Of a stretch of 64,000 nt of DNA, positions 49,291 to 61,940 are shown piece after piece. Position 1 is the first letter of the stretch, and each line of letters starts with the position of its first letter. Location: assembly GCA_030704615.1 (NCBI GenBank), contig CM060734.1:28768001-28832000 (forward strand). The letters run 5' to 3'. Below the pieces are notes generated by a model. It was given only the letters and a program-made list of their open reading frames with translations. It made no database searches and was not told the origin of the DNA. Source of the stretch: Takakia lepidozioides. Taxonomy: Eukaryota > Plantae > Bryophyta. The position numbers were made by a program, and so were the translations under genes.

Positions 49291-52200
49291 CTACTGAGGC
49301 TTCGGGACAGATTGTGGGATCCAAACACGAGGATCAAGATATCTTCCATACCAAGCCCAATAGGCGTGGTCGCGACCAATAGGCTTATGAGAACACTTGG
49401 CAGGGTTCTCGCTGATGTAATCTACGACTGTTGAAGCTGCAGTCATCTTCAATATATATGGCCACACTATTTTTGTCATATCATCCTGGTCAACCAAGCC
49501 CTTTGGTGATGGCTTGAATGAAATAGAGAAGAATCCAGTATTTGGTGGGTTTCGGAGGCCCTTTGAGGGCTCATCATCGACAATGAGTATTTGTCCTTGC
49601 GTTGCAAAGGGTGTACCAGGGTACTTCAAGGCAAGAACAGTGTAAATATCCTTCACAAGATATTTCATCCCAGGCATGATGTAACCGGTAGTGTCTTTGC
49701 AATCCTCAGCTGACCAGATGAAGCAAAACTTCTTTGCAATTTTCATGGGAACTAAGCACTCCAGCATCCTACAAAGAACAGCTCTTTCAGCACATGACCA
49801 AATTGCCACGTGAAAATGCGTCAACGCAAGGTTGAGAAACTCCAAGACTCTGGGCCGGGGAACCACAAAAGGTCTGTCGGGAACATGAACTATAACTTTC
49901 CTGAAACGAAATCTCTCCTTAAACAATTCACCGCCGGTTGGAGGTGGCTGGTAGCAGAGGAGTCCGTTGAAACTCAATATTAACAACATCCGTTTCCTCT
50001 TCCCCGGTGTGGCAGATGAAGGTTGATGGACGAAGCCATCGTGCGCAATTTAAGGAAATTCATTTCAGTGTTTACGCCGTCAGAAACAACACGATGTAGT
50101 CTTTATTAGTTTCACAGTGACATCTACGTTTGCCGAGACATAAATGTCCCGGGAACGGACTATTTTAAAGGATCTAGAGTAGACAATATATCGAAGAGGA
50201 GAAATCATGAAAAGAGGAACGTCGGCTATCAAGTAGAGGTCGGGAGGCGTATTCAAGAAGTTATGCGGCTCCATCCCCGCCTGTGTAAAAATGACGGAGT
50301 TAGTTTGGGACCGCAAAACAAACTGCAACCGAAAGTGGAGAAATGGTTTTGAAATTTACCATTGAATGTCTCGCAGAAGAACAGTGGATTCCTGCGGGCT
50401 TGGATTGACGAGGCGCCACAACATCTGAGGAAGTCCTCATGTGTTTGGAGTCCGTTTTTTTTTTCTTGTCAACTTTTTGTCCGTTGGAAAGATTTCCTGC
50501 AGAGGAAGGAAATGGCTCGGGGGTTCTTTTTCGCCTCTTTGGTGCAAAACATTGTGCCACCAGTTCAGGGTCAGGCTGTGTCGATGTAGGAGATGTTTTG
50601 CCATTGAACGACATGGGGAGTAGAGGGGCAACAACAGGCAGGCACAGGAAATTGTTGCTTGAGCACTCGACATCCTGGATGGAATGAAAATGCAACGAAG
50701 GAATAATTTACCTCGGAACTGCATTCCAATGCAGACGTCGTTTGACAGGAAGGTCATAATCTGCAGATTTTCTGACCTGGAGTGACAGATGAACATCAGA
50801 CCCCAAACTAAGTAAAACTAGGAGAATGAGCAAGGAGCGAGAAATGAGTTTAAGTCACCTGACTCCTGCAGATTTGGGCTGTCCAACCCTCGTGCTGGGA
50901 AGATATGCGAGGAAGAGACGGAACAAGGTGCAGCGGAGCCGTAGCCAAGTCGTCGATGGTTTCCCTTCGGATTGGAGAGACCAGACCTTGCGTATTGAAC
51001 GGAGAGGGTGAGGAATGTTGGGTAAGGTCGATTAAGTTTCCGGCATATTTTTGTTCTTCAACTGCACCTTGGGCTTTAGACCCAGGAGGACCCAAGTGGA
51101 GAAGAGTGTCGGCCGCTTCTTGAGAGGCAAATAGTATGACCAAGGATCCACCCTCAATTTGAGAACCATCCTGAACCATCGGAAATCCTTCAATACTCCG
51201 ACGCACTGCTGATCCGGAGGTTTCCCTTAGGGGACCTGAGGAATGGTTGACATCGTCAACATCTCCTTGAACCTGCTAAAGAGACATAATCATCAATCCG
51301 GGAGTGCAGGAATGTGAACCTCCACTGAACAGTGGAGGTTACTAGATATAGTCATGTCCCCATATAAAGTCATGTATGCTCTGGGATTGGGATGGCCCCG
51401 AATGTGCGTCGAAAAATTCAACATCAAATGAGTGAAAATGAGAGTACCATATCTAATCCGTGTGTGATTACAAGGCAATGAAAATCAGACACCATGAAGA
51501 TATTCAATAGCTCGAGAGAGAGGGGATTGCTCAATAATATCTTTATTTTGAAGCATCATATCTGAGACTCTTAAAACCGTTGTCAACTTGTCCTCAATAT
51601 AATCCAAGAGTGGCCTAAACTTGGGATCACTTAAAACATTTGAAAAAAGACTCAACCCTATCCATCAGTCTCTACGGTCTGGAACGGTTTGAGAACAAGA
51701 CATGAATCGGGCGGGTTCAATACACACTTCATGGCGGTGTCGTCAATGAGCAGAATGTTACTCTTGGTGTACTGTCCACCAAATCTCTGCCAGACCTTCA
51801 TCAGTGGCTTCAAAAACAAATGAGGAGGGTCCAATCTGGATTTAACTTGAGGGTGAACCGAAGTAGGACAGAAAATACAATCCTCTTGAGACATAACGAA
51901 GGCCAGTTGAGGGAGACCACGAAGTAAAAAATCCAGGATGGGCTGCAAGTTCTTATACATCATAGAGCTCCAAATCCCTAACCGGAAGTGTTTCTGCACC
52001 TCTGTCCACACTTCGCGATATTTCTCCCGTCTAAAGACAAGTCGGAATCTGACAAGAGCTGGTATTCTGTAGTCTGTTTCTGAAAACCGGGGGACATTGT
52101 AGCTCTTTTGGTGCTTCAAGATTTTGCACAAGACTCCATTCATGTCAAAAATTATCAAACGCAACCCTTGCGCAGGTGGAGAAACAGGTGCTCCAATTTG

Positions 52201-53560
52201 CCAGAGAGTCATTCATACTTAAGATGATAAAAAGGGAACAATACAATGCATTGGAAAAACCGACCCAAGGCAAGTGAACAAGAACGTTCACTGGACAGCC
52301 GAGGTTCACCAAACTCTATTAAAATATCTTATGTCCCACTGCAGCGGCACGCAACTCATGATTGCTAAGGAACTTCTGATTTGTAAGCTGTCGGGTCTTC
52401 CTCAGCGAAAATGTCGTAAAGCCGTTTAAGTAGATGAGATTTTTGGGAGCTTTAGGCTATTTTGAGTTGAATGTCGATCTATGCATGACGGAATTGTCAC
52501 TGTTGTAAGTTCTGGCCTTGTAATAGTACTTCCCGAACATGGCTTTGGCAATAGTCTCGACATTCATTTCAGGTCCCATGTTCCAAAAACAAACGGCAAA
52601 CTTTTTGACGGCCCATTTAATGAATTTGTGAAGACCGTTTCACGTAGCTAACTTGAATTTCCCTGCGGAGATACAAGGCTGGGTGGTAGGAGGGGCTTTC
52701 TTTCCATCCTTTAGGTAAACCTCACGAAGGTAACCGATGTCCAGAACCAGGACGTAATATCCTGACCGACATCCATTCGGTCCCCAAGGAAGGTCATGTA
52801 GATCGTTTGGATTGATAGAAATGGAATAGTCGACTGGAGGGTAATGCATGTTGTCCTGTGGAATAACAAAAGAATTCATTATGAATTTCAACTTCAGTAA
52901 GCCCAATGTAGAGAAACGGGAAAAAGGAGTTGAAAGGATTACCGTTTTCGGGGGAGGCTGCTGGGTTCTGCTCCTCCTCTTTCCCCTCTCTCCAAGAAAT
53001 GCTATCCTCCGATTCTATGGCTCCAGATGGCAACGTCGACTGTCCAGTGGAGGTTACTTGTAGGACCGGCTCAGGTGGGCGACACTGATTGTCCGATCCA
53101 CCTGTCTCTTCACCGTCTCAGTCTCGATGGAGTCGGTTCGTGTGTGTGTGATCTCCTCAGATGTCGTCTCACGAATCTACAGGAAATTAGGAATCCGATG
53201 GATGAGAAGTATGGTGGGCATAGTGATCCGACAAAATTATCGAATTGAACAATACCGAAGATGAGACTAAAAGACTAAAAGACCAAAAGACTAATAAGAA
53301 TAAAGCCAATGGAGTACCCGCTTCGGGGTCTGTTGTTGGATTCCGTGCTTGTGCTGCTCAATATCTTCTCCTTCCCCTCGAGTATGAGGGTTCTCTAACT
53401 CATTCCCTGCAGATGGCAACGTCGACTGGACAGTGGAGGTTAGTTCCAAAACTGGCTCAGGTGACCTGACCCTCATTGTAAGATCCACCTGTCTCTTCAC
53501 TGTTTGAGTCTCGATCGAGTCAGTTCGTGTGTGTGTGATTTCCTCCGATTGGGATTCTTG
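49291..53560 (-). pseudogene. Multi-exon gene with three FCP1/NIF-like HAD domains (cassette copy 2)
   Basis: Same order as copy 1: domain 1 ~52860-52330 (YYVLVLDIGYL), domain 2 ~52203-51560 (RLIIFDMNGVL..ILLIDD..KCVLNP), domain 3 49989-49291 as an open 232-aa ORF (MLLILSFNGLL..ILIVDDEPSKGLRNP). First exon duplicated (53020-53160, 53410-53550). Confidence 0.82.
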
Positions 53561-53773
53561 GATCTACAAGAAAAGTTTCGAAACAGTTAGTGGTTGTCCT
53601 GATGGATGTACGATCGGACGAAATTCCTGGTGGAAATGTGAATTTTTTTTTTTCAAAAGTCCAGAATAAAGGAAATGGAAAAAACATTTGGATTATTCCA
53701 TTCACAAGTTTGAATAATTACAATATTGTCATATTCTATTCAGAAGTATGTATGAATAAACATTCTCTATATG

Positions 53774-54792
53774 TCATTCGTTATCTACATCCAGAACCAC
53801 TTGCTGGGTGACATTCTGGGAGTCATCCTGGGTCACCACCTCGCGAGGATTGTTAACGGGAGCCGGGGACATAATCAATGGCTCCTCACCTTCCACAAGT
53901 GTGAACCCTTGAGCTAAGTTTTCAACTAACTCTGTCGACGTTGCTTCATGGCCCCTTGGAGAAGCCGGATTTTGATTCGTGGTGTTATCGAAAGAGGAAG
54001 AGCTGTCCAGATTGTGTACACTTTCTGGCGCAACGCGTTCTTGGGTATGTGGAGTACTCCCAAGTGTCTCCAACCCGAAAATTTCCTGGCCCTCTCTTCC
54101 CCTTTCCCACATCAGTCGCATCTGCCCCTCGTCCTCGGTGACGATATCCATGTTCTCATCTTCGTCTTGATTTTTGTCTTTCTCCTCTTCCTCGTCTTGT
54201 TCTTGTTTTTCCTCCTGTTCCTCGTCCAACTCTTTGTCGTGTCCTTCCTCATCCTCTTCTTCGTCCACTTCGTCATCCTGCAGGGAGTCTCCGTCATCTC
54301 CGTCTCTGGCGATAGTTTGATTATCAATCTGAAGCGTCTTGAAATAAGCCTCCACCTTGCTTCTACAAAATTTCTTTTTCGTTATGTGGTTTATATCAAG
54401 CACCCGAATATTTCTTGCCTGCAAAGAAACCCAACAATGAAATCAAAATAAATCTGACGAACTGTAACGACCGAAAATTTTAAAAGGTAACTGGTTTCTA
54501 TTGAGACAACTGGCATCGATAACAAATACCCCAAACTCCCAAAACATGAACCTCCACCGTCCAGTGGAGGTTCACTATACCAGACTCCAGACAACGGTTA
54601 AACATCGTAGAAAAAAACGGAGAGACAAATCCGACTACAGAAAAAGTGAAAAAGTAATGCGAATCCACTTACAAGCAGAACGTATGTCATTGCCACTCCG
54701 CCGAAAACGTTGTTACATGACATCCCGTCTCTGCAAAAAAAGGAGACCAGGTAATCGTAGGTGTCCCCCCTCAGCTCATGAGTGTAAGTCAT
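53774..54792 (-). pseudogene. 3' part of a putative beta-class DNA amino-methyltransferase-like gene with acidic tail
   Basis: Spliced reading YTHELRGDTYDYLVSFFCRDGMSCNNVFGGVAMTYVLL|ARNIRVLDINH (GTAAGT..TTGCAG intron) resembles the N6/N4-MTase C-terminal pattern (P..KP..L..L..S..GD.VLD.F.GSG..AA..GR..IG.E). Followed by a D/E-rich tract. Confidence 0.4.
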
Positions 54793-54837
54793 GCACTCCT
54801 TCTCCTGCGAGGTCGGGTCATCATCCAGTACTGCAAA

Positions 54838-55224
54838 TAGGGGGGGTTAGCAACGCCAGCCGCAATTCCACGCCCTGTGCGGCGCTGAGTATGCGACGCC
54901 CGCCCCACGACGCATTTTTGCGACGCCACAACGTCGCTTAACAGTGCTGGGGCAGCCCTTGCAACGCCATAGCGTCGCCCCCCTGCGCTGGGGCCAGCCG
55001 GCGACGCCGGGACGTCGCAAGGTGGCATGAAGGGCAAGAGGCAGCCCTTCTGTGCGACGCCCGGCCGTCGCAAGGTGAGGAACCCCCCGGCCGTCGCATG
55101 ATGGCTTGAAGGGCGAAAAGGCCTCGGCGACGGCCGGACTCGCAATGGGGGGTGTTGCGACGGGGTTTTTTGGCTTGCGACGGTGGGGGGTCGCCAAAGG
55201 GGGGGGGGGGGGGGGGCACCTCTA
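54838..55224. mobile_element. GC-rich transposon end with repeated TGCGACG/CGTCGCA motifs
   Basis: Numerous (T)GCGACG motifs in both orientations; TAGGGG.. / ..CACCTCTA ends; no TSD seen. Confidence 0.45.
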
Positions 55225-55299
55225 TGTTTTTCTTTCTTTGCCCCCCCTCTCTCTCTCCCTCTCTCCCTCTCTCCCTCTCTCTCTTGGTTGTTAATAGAT

Positions 55300-56900
55300 T
55301 TGTTTGCAAGATGGCTGTCCCATGCAACATTTTCAAGGACTTCCACTAATGGGAAGATGCGGACTAGTATTGTGAAGTCAATGTTCAAGGTCAGCTCAAA
55401 AACACAAACATCTCCTTCCTCAAGGCACTGGTGGAGTGCAAATTGTGCCCAATCTTGAGAGTCCAGCTCCCGACAGTAAGGGTGCTCCCTTGCACATTGA
55501 GGATTCCACACTTAGCTAGTGGATGACAATCACACCACCGATGGAGTTCTCATACTCCACATCTTGTGTGGGGAAGTATCTCTCTCTCCCTTCTTAAACC
55601 TAGCAAGTGTGCTTGTATGCTTCACTTCTCCTTTGCTTTACTGGAGGTGGCTTGCTGGTGGTGATGGCGCACAGTTCTCTTCCCCAATCGCGCAAGGTGC
55701 TTTTGATGATTAGGGTTCCTTTTGTTTTATGTCTTTCTCTCTTGCTTTTGAGGTTCTTAGTTGACATCGATGACAAGTGTAGGGGTCCGTGATTCACTTG
55801 GGGTTCCACAATCCTCACTAACCTGTTGGTTTTTGTGGGGGCTTGTGATGGGACCATGTGAGGATCCCTACTTGCTTTGAATTCTCTTGAGCTTGAAGAT
55901 ATGGATGTGGGCAAAGGGAGCCTCTTGTGTACTTCATTCCTTCCCTAACTTCCTGATGATTAATTGTCAAAGAGCAGCACAATTTGTGCCATTGCAGAAA
56001 TGCCATATAAGGGAACTTACTTTTTTGATGTCAGAGCAGAGAGATTTCACACTCTGTGAAGCTTTATAAAAGACTAAAATGAGGTGACTGTACAAGACTC
56101 ACTAGCCTTGGATGTGTTGTGTGTCTGTTATTGTGCTCTCTCTCTCTCTCACTCAAAAGCTGTGGGGCCTTTCTTGCAACTCATAAAACTCCCAGATTGG
56201 CTCCACTAGACAAAGTACTCATATTTCAAAAACTGCTGCCCTGATGCAATTGAAGTCAGAAGAGCAGCAAAATTTGTACTTCCTATTTGGACATTCCATG
56301 CCTTATTGGCCTTACATGTCCTTATCTCTGTGTCGATTTTTGTAACTTCACTTCCTATGGGTTCAAGCCAACCCCGACTGAACATATAATCATTTCTTTT
56401 TCCCCTGTTGCAGCCTTTAGAGGTGTTTGATACACTTTTGTTCTGGTTGCAAAAGCTGCAAGAGAAGACCGAGGCTTGAGGCTTTGTATGCCATCGACAT
56501 ACAGTTTTCATTGTTATCACACAATATCCTTGCCACTTTCTGCAGTTCTTTACAACTGCATGTACTTGACATTCTGTCAATGTTCTTTAGCAGAGCCACT
56601 TCCTCACTTTCAAGTCACTAGCATTTCCAATTTTCGCAGTGAACCCTGCCTTTCACATCCTGAGGTAATGTGATGAAATGAGAAACTCTAAGACGGTATG
56701 CTACTCAAAAGGTGCCTCTTCCCTGGGTCAGGTGACGTGTCACATGGAGGCCTCTATCTAACAACTGGTTCGGAGCAACACTCACTGCGGAAGTGGCATA
56801 GTGCATTCAATCCGGATGATGCTACCAATGAAATTCTCCTTGCCCTTAATTATCTCAAACTGATTTGTGAGGAGCACCAATCTCCCAATCTACACTACCC
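55300..56900 (-). pseudogene. B3-domain (REM/VRN1-like) transcription factor remnant
   Basis: QDWAQFALHQCLEEGDVCVFEL..TILVRIF at ~55340-55460 is a typical B3 C-terminus; upstream frames are broken. Confidence 0.55.
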
Positions 56901-58311
56901 TCTAGCCCACCATTCATGCTAGCAACTCAAGATCTACTTCTCAGTTTCAGGTTTTTCCTCATGCTGTCTTATTGGTCCAGAGCAACACGCTGTACATAGT
57001 TGCTTCATGTATGCAGGCATTCCTTTAGTCCCATCTCTCTAGTTGCTGACTACATGTGTTATTGACCCCAATGATCAGAAAGCCTTGGCAAGCAAACTAT
57101 AGTGAGTCCCTTAGTCCGAACTGTGGGGTGGATAATTGCATGCATTGATGTTATCTAAGGGAGTGTTTTGGGGAAAAGCTGGAAAGCCAGATTCAAAGTA
57201 CACACCTACTATGTTTTTTTTTGTGCAGGGTTCCCATCTGCCAGGCTTGTTTCTCTCTCAGACACACAGGGGGGGGATTTGGAAAGTGTGCCGCACCCAG
57301 TGGGGAGACACACAAAAGTTAACTTCACCAAATGACTATTTGATCTGCAATGTGATCTCTAAAATACTCCAAGATGGAGACGATAATTGCAGCACTTGTG
57401 TAGCAGGTTAAATCATTCCTCTTTGCAGCCACTTTGACAACATTCAGAGACATCACATGAATTATTTCATTTATTTCAGGCTAACTCATTGGGAACCTGA
57501 CTCAGCCAGATTCAGTTGGGACAAACACCACATATGTTGCAAGGGTTGGAGCACACACCATGAACACATGCATCCACCAGCCCAATCCTTACATAATATT
57601 TATCCATTAAAGCTATGGTGGTGTTAATGTACCTATCCTGGAACTGCCTACCTAACTCCACTGGATTCTGTTTCAGAGCTAGCCTCCGATTTAAGAGGAA
57701 AAACCCACATACAACAAGTGCTACAATGGAGCTGACGATGTTGAAACCCAAGACAGCTGAAACCATGCGAGTGTCCCGGATACTAAGCACAATATGTCTG
57801 CTTTCCAGTTTTCTTTGATGCATGTACATATCCCGTCAGCAGCTCTCAGCATTCCTTTAATTAGGACACGAAACAGACTGCACCTTCATGAGTTAGTGTA
57901 AATTTAGGGTTTACTAGGGCATCAGAAGTGTATGATGCTCTCATGGCATGTTCATCCCAGCGGATTTTCCCTGCTATGATGGCAAACGACCTCAGCCCCA
58001 GCGTGGGGCGTATATACAAACTGGAAAGGTAGATCTAGAATTGCGAGATTACTGCTAGAAAATTCAAAGATGAGTGTGCATGTGCCTTGTTAAAGATATT
58101 CTAGTGCTTATGTGAGTATTCACCCTAACAAAAGCCACCCGTCCCAACGGGCACTACGATGAGATGGTGGAAACAAAGAAAATGGTCAATTGATCATCAT
58201 AACACGAAGTGTTTGAGGTCCGAATCTGCCTAGCGTTGCTGTTTCACGATCCAAAAACTTCATGGGAAAGTTGCAAGCTAATCACCCATCAAATTGCTTG
58301 CGAGGAGGATG

Positions 58312-58797
58312 TCACTCGAATGCCCACTGGTTTTCTTTGCGGACCGCGTCCTCTTCCTCGGGTGTGAAATCGTTCTCAATCTTAAAGGTCTTGCGAATCT
58401 CGTCTGGCGTCTTGTCTTTGATCATGTCAGCTACAGTCTGACATGTCAAGTCCAGCAAACCCTTGATGTTAAGGTAGTTCGCAGCCAAAATCAGGTCGAA
58501 GAGAATGGCTTGGTCCACCTTGATGTACTCAACGTCCCAGTTCTTCATCTCATCGTCAGGTTTTGCCTTCTTCTCCTCCTGCTCGTTACCAGATGGCTTG
58601 CGCGCATCAACATGCGCCCGGCAGTACTCAATAACTTTGGCGAGGACTGAACCTTTCACATTCGGTACGGGGATTAAGTGTTCCATCCCTGTTTCTTCTA
58701 TCAAATTCTTGATGGTCTCCGACTCAAACGCAACCTCGGGATCGACCTCGAACATCTGTTCGTCAGAGCTTCGCAGCTTCACCGTATCACCAGACAT
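58312..58797 (-). CDS. SKP1: SKP1-like SCF E3 ligase subunit, intronless, 161 aa
   Basis: [96 protein letters not shown]; open frame. Confidence 0.97.
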   Translation of the reverse strand: MSGDTVKLRSSDEQMFEVDPEVAFESETIKNLIEETGMEHLIPVPNVKGSVLAKVIEYCRAHVDARKPSGNEQEEKKAKPDDEMKNWDVEYIKVDQAILFDLILAANYLNIKGLLDLTCQTVADMIKDKTPDEIRKTFKIENDFTPEEEDAVRKENQWAFE

Positions 58798-59295
58798 GGT
58801 GGCAGTTATTCTCACTCCCGCAATCCTCCTGCAATCCTCACTCTACACAGACACAGCAAACAGCCCAAAAGCCTGATCTCTCCTCCAAATCTCTTGATCC
58901 TTGAGATTGCACAAGGGTAGATGGACGGACAGCCTACACTTATATGCCCACCCTCTGATTGTTTAATCATCTAAGTTATACCCGCTGAAAACAACTTTTC
59001 CGCATTTAGTGAAAGCCTTTTTAGGCCCTCAAAATCTTTAAAAGAGGCATTTTGATATTCTTTTCGTTTTAGGGCACCTGGGCTAGGTTACTTTTTCCTT
59101 ACTCTCTCAATGCGGGAGTTTTGCTGGCGATCTGTCGGAGAGGAGCTCTTCGTGGATCGAGAGAGTGCACACAGCAAACGCTGGCCTTATAGCCCTCATT
59201 AATATGATCTTTGCTGTGAACTGCGAAATCCGGTTGAGTGTCCAGTCTTTCCAGGTAACACTCATGAGCTCCTTTCCTTTGCTGTCTCATTTGAA

Positions 59296-59607
59296 CATTT
59301 GAGCTCATACTATGCTGGTGGATAATGTAGGCAAGTAGATCTCCTTGCTCTGTTGAAGGCTAGAGTATGATCTTGCCAAGGCTAAGAGTTGAACTCAACT
59401 TTGTGCAGTTGAATTGATATGCTATTCACAAGAAATCATTTTAGTCATTAATTTGAACATGAACAGCTACGAATGCCGAGCATGGAGGGAACTTAGTGAA
59501 CATTTGAGGCTCATACTATGCTGGTGGATAATGTAGGCAAGTAGATCTGCGTGCTCTGTTGAAGTCTAGAGTATTACCTTGCCCAAGGCTGAGAGTTGAA
59601 CTCAACA
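59296..59607. repeat. ~105-bp direct repeat
   Basis: GAACATTTGAG(G)CTCATACTATGCTGGTGGATAATGTAGGCAAGTAGATCT..GAGTTGAACTCAAC at ~59293 and ~59498. Confidence 0.85.
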
Positions 59608-60899
59608 TCAATGTCTCACTTTCGCTAATTGCTACTTACATTCCCTTGTCTCAAACACCATCTAGTTCACTTGTTCCCTCTTCTCTCCAAAATGTCTGAT
59701 CTGAAAGTTAGAGTCCGCTAATGCATTGTTTAGCAATCTACTGGTCTAGTTTCACTTCATATGGGAGTTCAAGGGTGATGAAGTCTGAATGTGGGTCTGT
59801 TGTGTTGCAGAATGTGGGAGGTGCAGGTTCCACCAAGAGGCCGACCAGTTTCCTACTGGTACTATCAGTGCCATCCAAAATGGGAGTAAGTGAGGAAGAC
59901 AGTGCCAAATCCAAAGCCAGTTACAATGAAGTCATAAGGAAGTAAAGGCAGACCTTAAGGCAGACCTTTTGTCATGAAGGCATTAAGCCATTAAGGCAGA
60001 CCTTTTGTGTTGTTGGTAACGGCAGTGTGAAAGAAGACAAGCCAAGGGCTCCCACGCGACTTACCATATCCGCCGCTTTGCTTCCATGTCTTAGTGGTAA
60101 CTAAGCGCCTGGCAACAGGAGGTCCTTCTGAGTACAATGGGGCGGAGAAGCTGAGCAAAGGTCCAGGCCATCAGGAGGATAAGCCACTTATTACACCAAC
60201 TGGTTCCAGCTCTTTTGAGCCTGACCAGTCAAGAGCTGTGGGACAAGCACTTCAGGTTTTCCACTCAAGAGTGCAAGTTTGAAAAAAAAAAAATTGGTCT
60301 TAATTTTGAACAGTTTCAACATACGGATGCTGCATGCATTGATAGCCATGAAGGATGTCTGTGATCATTGTTTTAACCTTGATAGCGACATGTTAGGATT
60401 AAACTGTTTGCACTCGTCTTAGAAAGTTCTGTAACTTCTGTTGACTTAAACAGGTAGTCAGCCACAGGTTGGACATGAAAGGGTACTTTTGGGATAACCT
60501 GGACCATGTCATTCTACTTGTTGCGGAGCTTTGTGAAGTGAGTATATATATCTGTGTATAGACTAATTCAGGTAAGTGGAATTTGGATCTTCCTTGACAG
60601 ACTTGTGTGTGTCAGTTTATACTCAGTAAAAAGAACCAGTTGTTTTCTTCCTGTCCATAAACTGGCTCTGGGGACATAGATGAGAACTTGTATGAATAAG
60701 CAATGTGTTCTATTGATATATGTTGTATGCAGTGGATTGAGAAAGGACAGCCCTTTCATGCACGAGGGCTGCAGCAAGCTCTGAAGCGCTTGTGATAACT
60801 GACAACAAATTGTGACTCTTTGCAGGCTCAGTTTCTGCAATCTCGATTTTGGCGTCTGTCAACACAACCGCATTCAGTCTGCCTTGAGCTTGTACACAC

Positions 60900-61200
60900 A
60901 AAGGCAGCTCTCTGACTTTTCATAGGGCTTAAAATTGTGGCTGCTTGAGAGTCTCAAGTTCATCATTTGTAAATGAGTTCAGTAAGTGGTGGCCCATGCC
61001 TCTTTTTAATCTGCAATTTTTCAGGATTCCACCCAGTTATGCTCTCACTCTTACCCAGAGAGAGAATTTCCTCCTAAGACGTTGTTTGCTGTAGCCTTGT
61101 GGCCATAGACCCCGCGCCGAGTTTTGGCGGAACAAAAGGGAACAGATACTACCTTTGTGAGGGGCTCACTCTGGTTGTGTGACTTAGCTTGATAAAGCCA
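60900..61200 (+). repeat. Diverged copy of PRCC intron 1 (63415-63700)
   Basis: AAATTGTGGCTGCTTGAGAGT..TTCAGTAAGTG..ATCTGCAATT.TTCAGGA.TCCACCCAGTT..ACCCAGAGAGA..TAAGACGTTGTTTGC present in both. Confidence 0.85.
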
Positions 61201-61584
61201 CTTAGTTCTCTATAGTCACGGCTACTTCAAAGGGATGGTTTAATTGTCGTGTATTCTATGAGAGGCAGCTCCAGTCATTTTTGTTCGTTTCTTAGATGTT
61301 TTTGTTTGGGATTGTCTCAGTAATATTCTTTGAAGGTCTTTTCGTCTGTCTGCTTTGTTGTCAGAAAGGTTCATAAATGCTTCTTGGATGAGTTTCTTTT
61401 TGCCTTCAATATGGTCTGACCGTTCTCTTTTATTTGGCTACTGTGCACTTCACATGGATGTGTGCTCATGTTTGATATTGGATGATATGACATAGGGAAC
61501 CTTTTGTGACTAGGTCTTTAATCTTCGTCTGTGGCAGAGCTCTGTGCATCTTTCTTTATTTCTTTATTGGTTACTGTCTTTACG

Positions 61585-61940
61585 GGATTGACCTCGAACA
61601 TCTGTTCGTCAGAGCTTCGCAGCTTCACCGTATCACCAGACATGGTGGCAGTTATTCTCACTCCCGCAATCCTCCCGCAATCCTCACTCTACACAGACAA
61701 AGCAAACTGCCCAAAAGCGAGCCTTCTCTCTCCTCCAAATCTCTTGAGCCCTTGAAATGAGATTGCACGAAGGTAGTGGACAGACAGGCCAGGCTTCGCT
61801 GACTTATACACACACCCTCTGCCTTTTTACTCATCTATACCTGGTAAAAACAACTATTCCCCCCTCTAGACAGCCCCTTTTTAGGCCCCCAAATTTTCTA
61901 AACAGGCAGTATGTCTTCTTCTTATTTTGGGCACCTCACT
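61585..61940 (-). pseudogene. SKP1: Truncated SKP1 duplicate (first ~19 codons plus upstream region)
   Basis: Near-identical to 58740-59080; ATG at 61643-61641; homology ends after MFEV. Confidence 0.92.

Noticed and set aside
54789-55300. GC-rich ORFs fused to the B3 fragment
   Set aside because: Read-through across a microsatellite and a transposon end, not a real fusion.
57512-57829. 105-aa ORF with a hydrophobic segment
   Set aside because: No recognisable family or gene structure.
58294-58876. Plus-strand ORFs over SKP1
   Set aside because: Antisense shadows of the real CDS.
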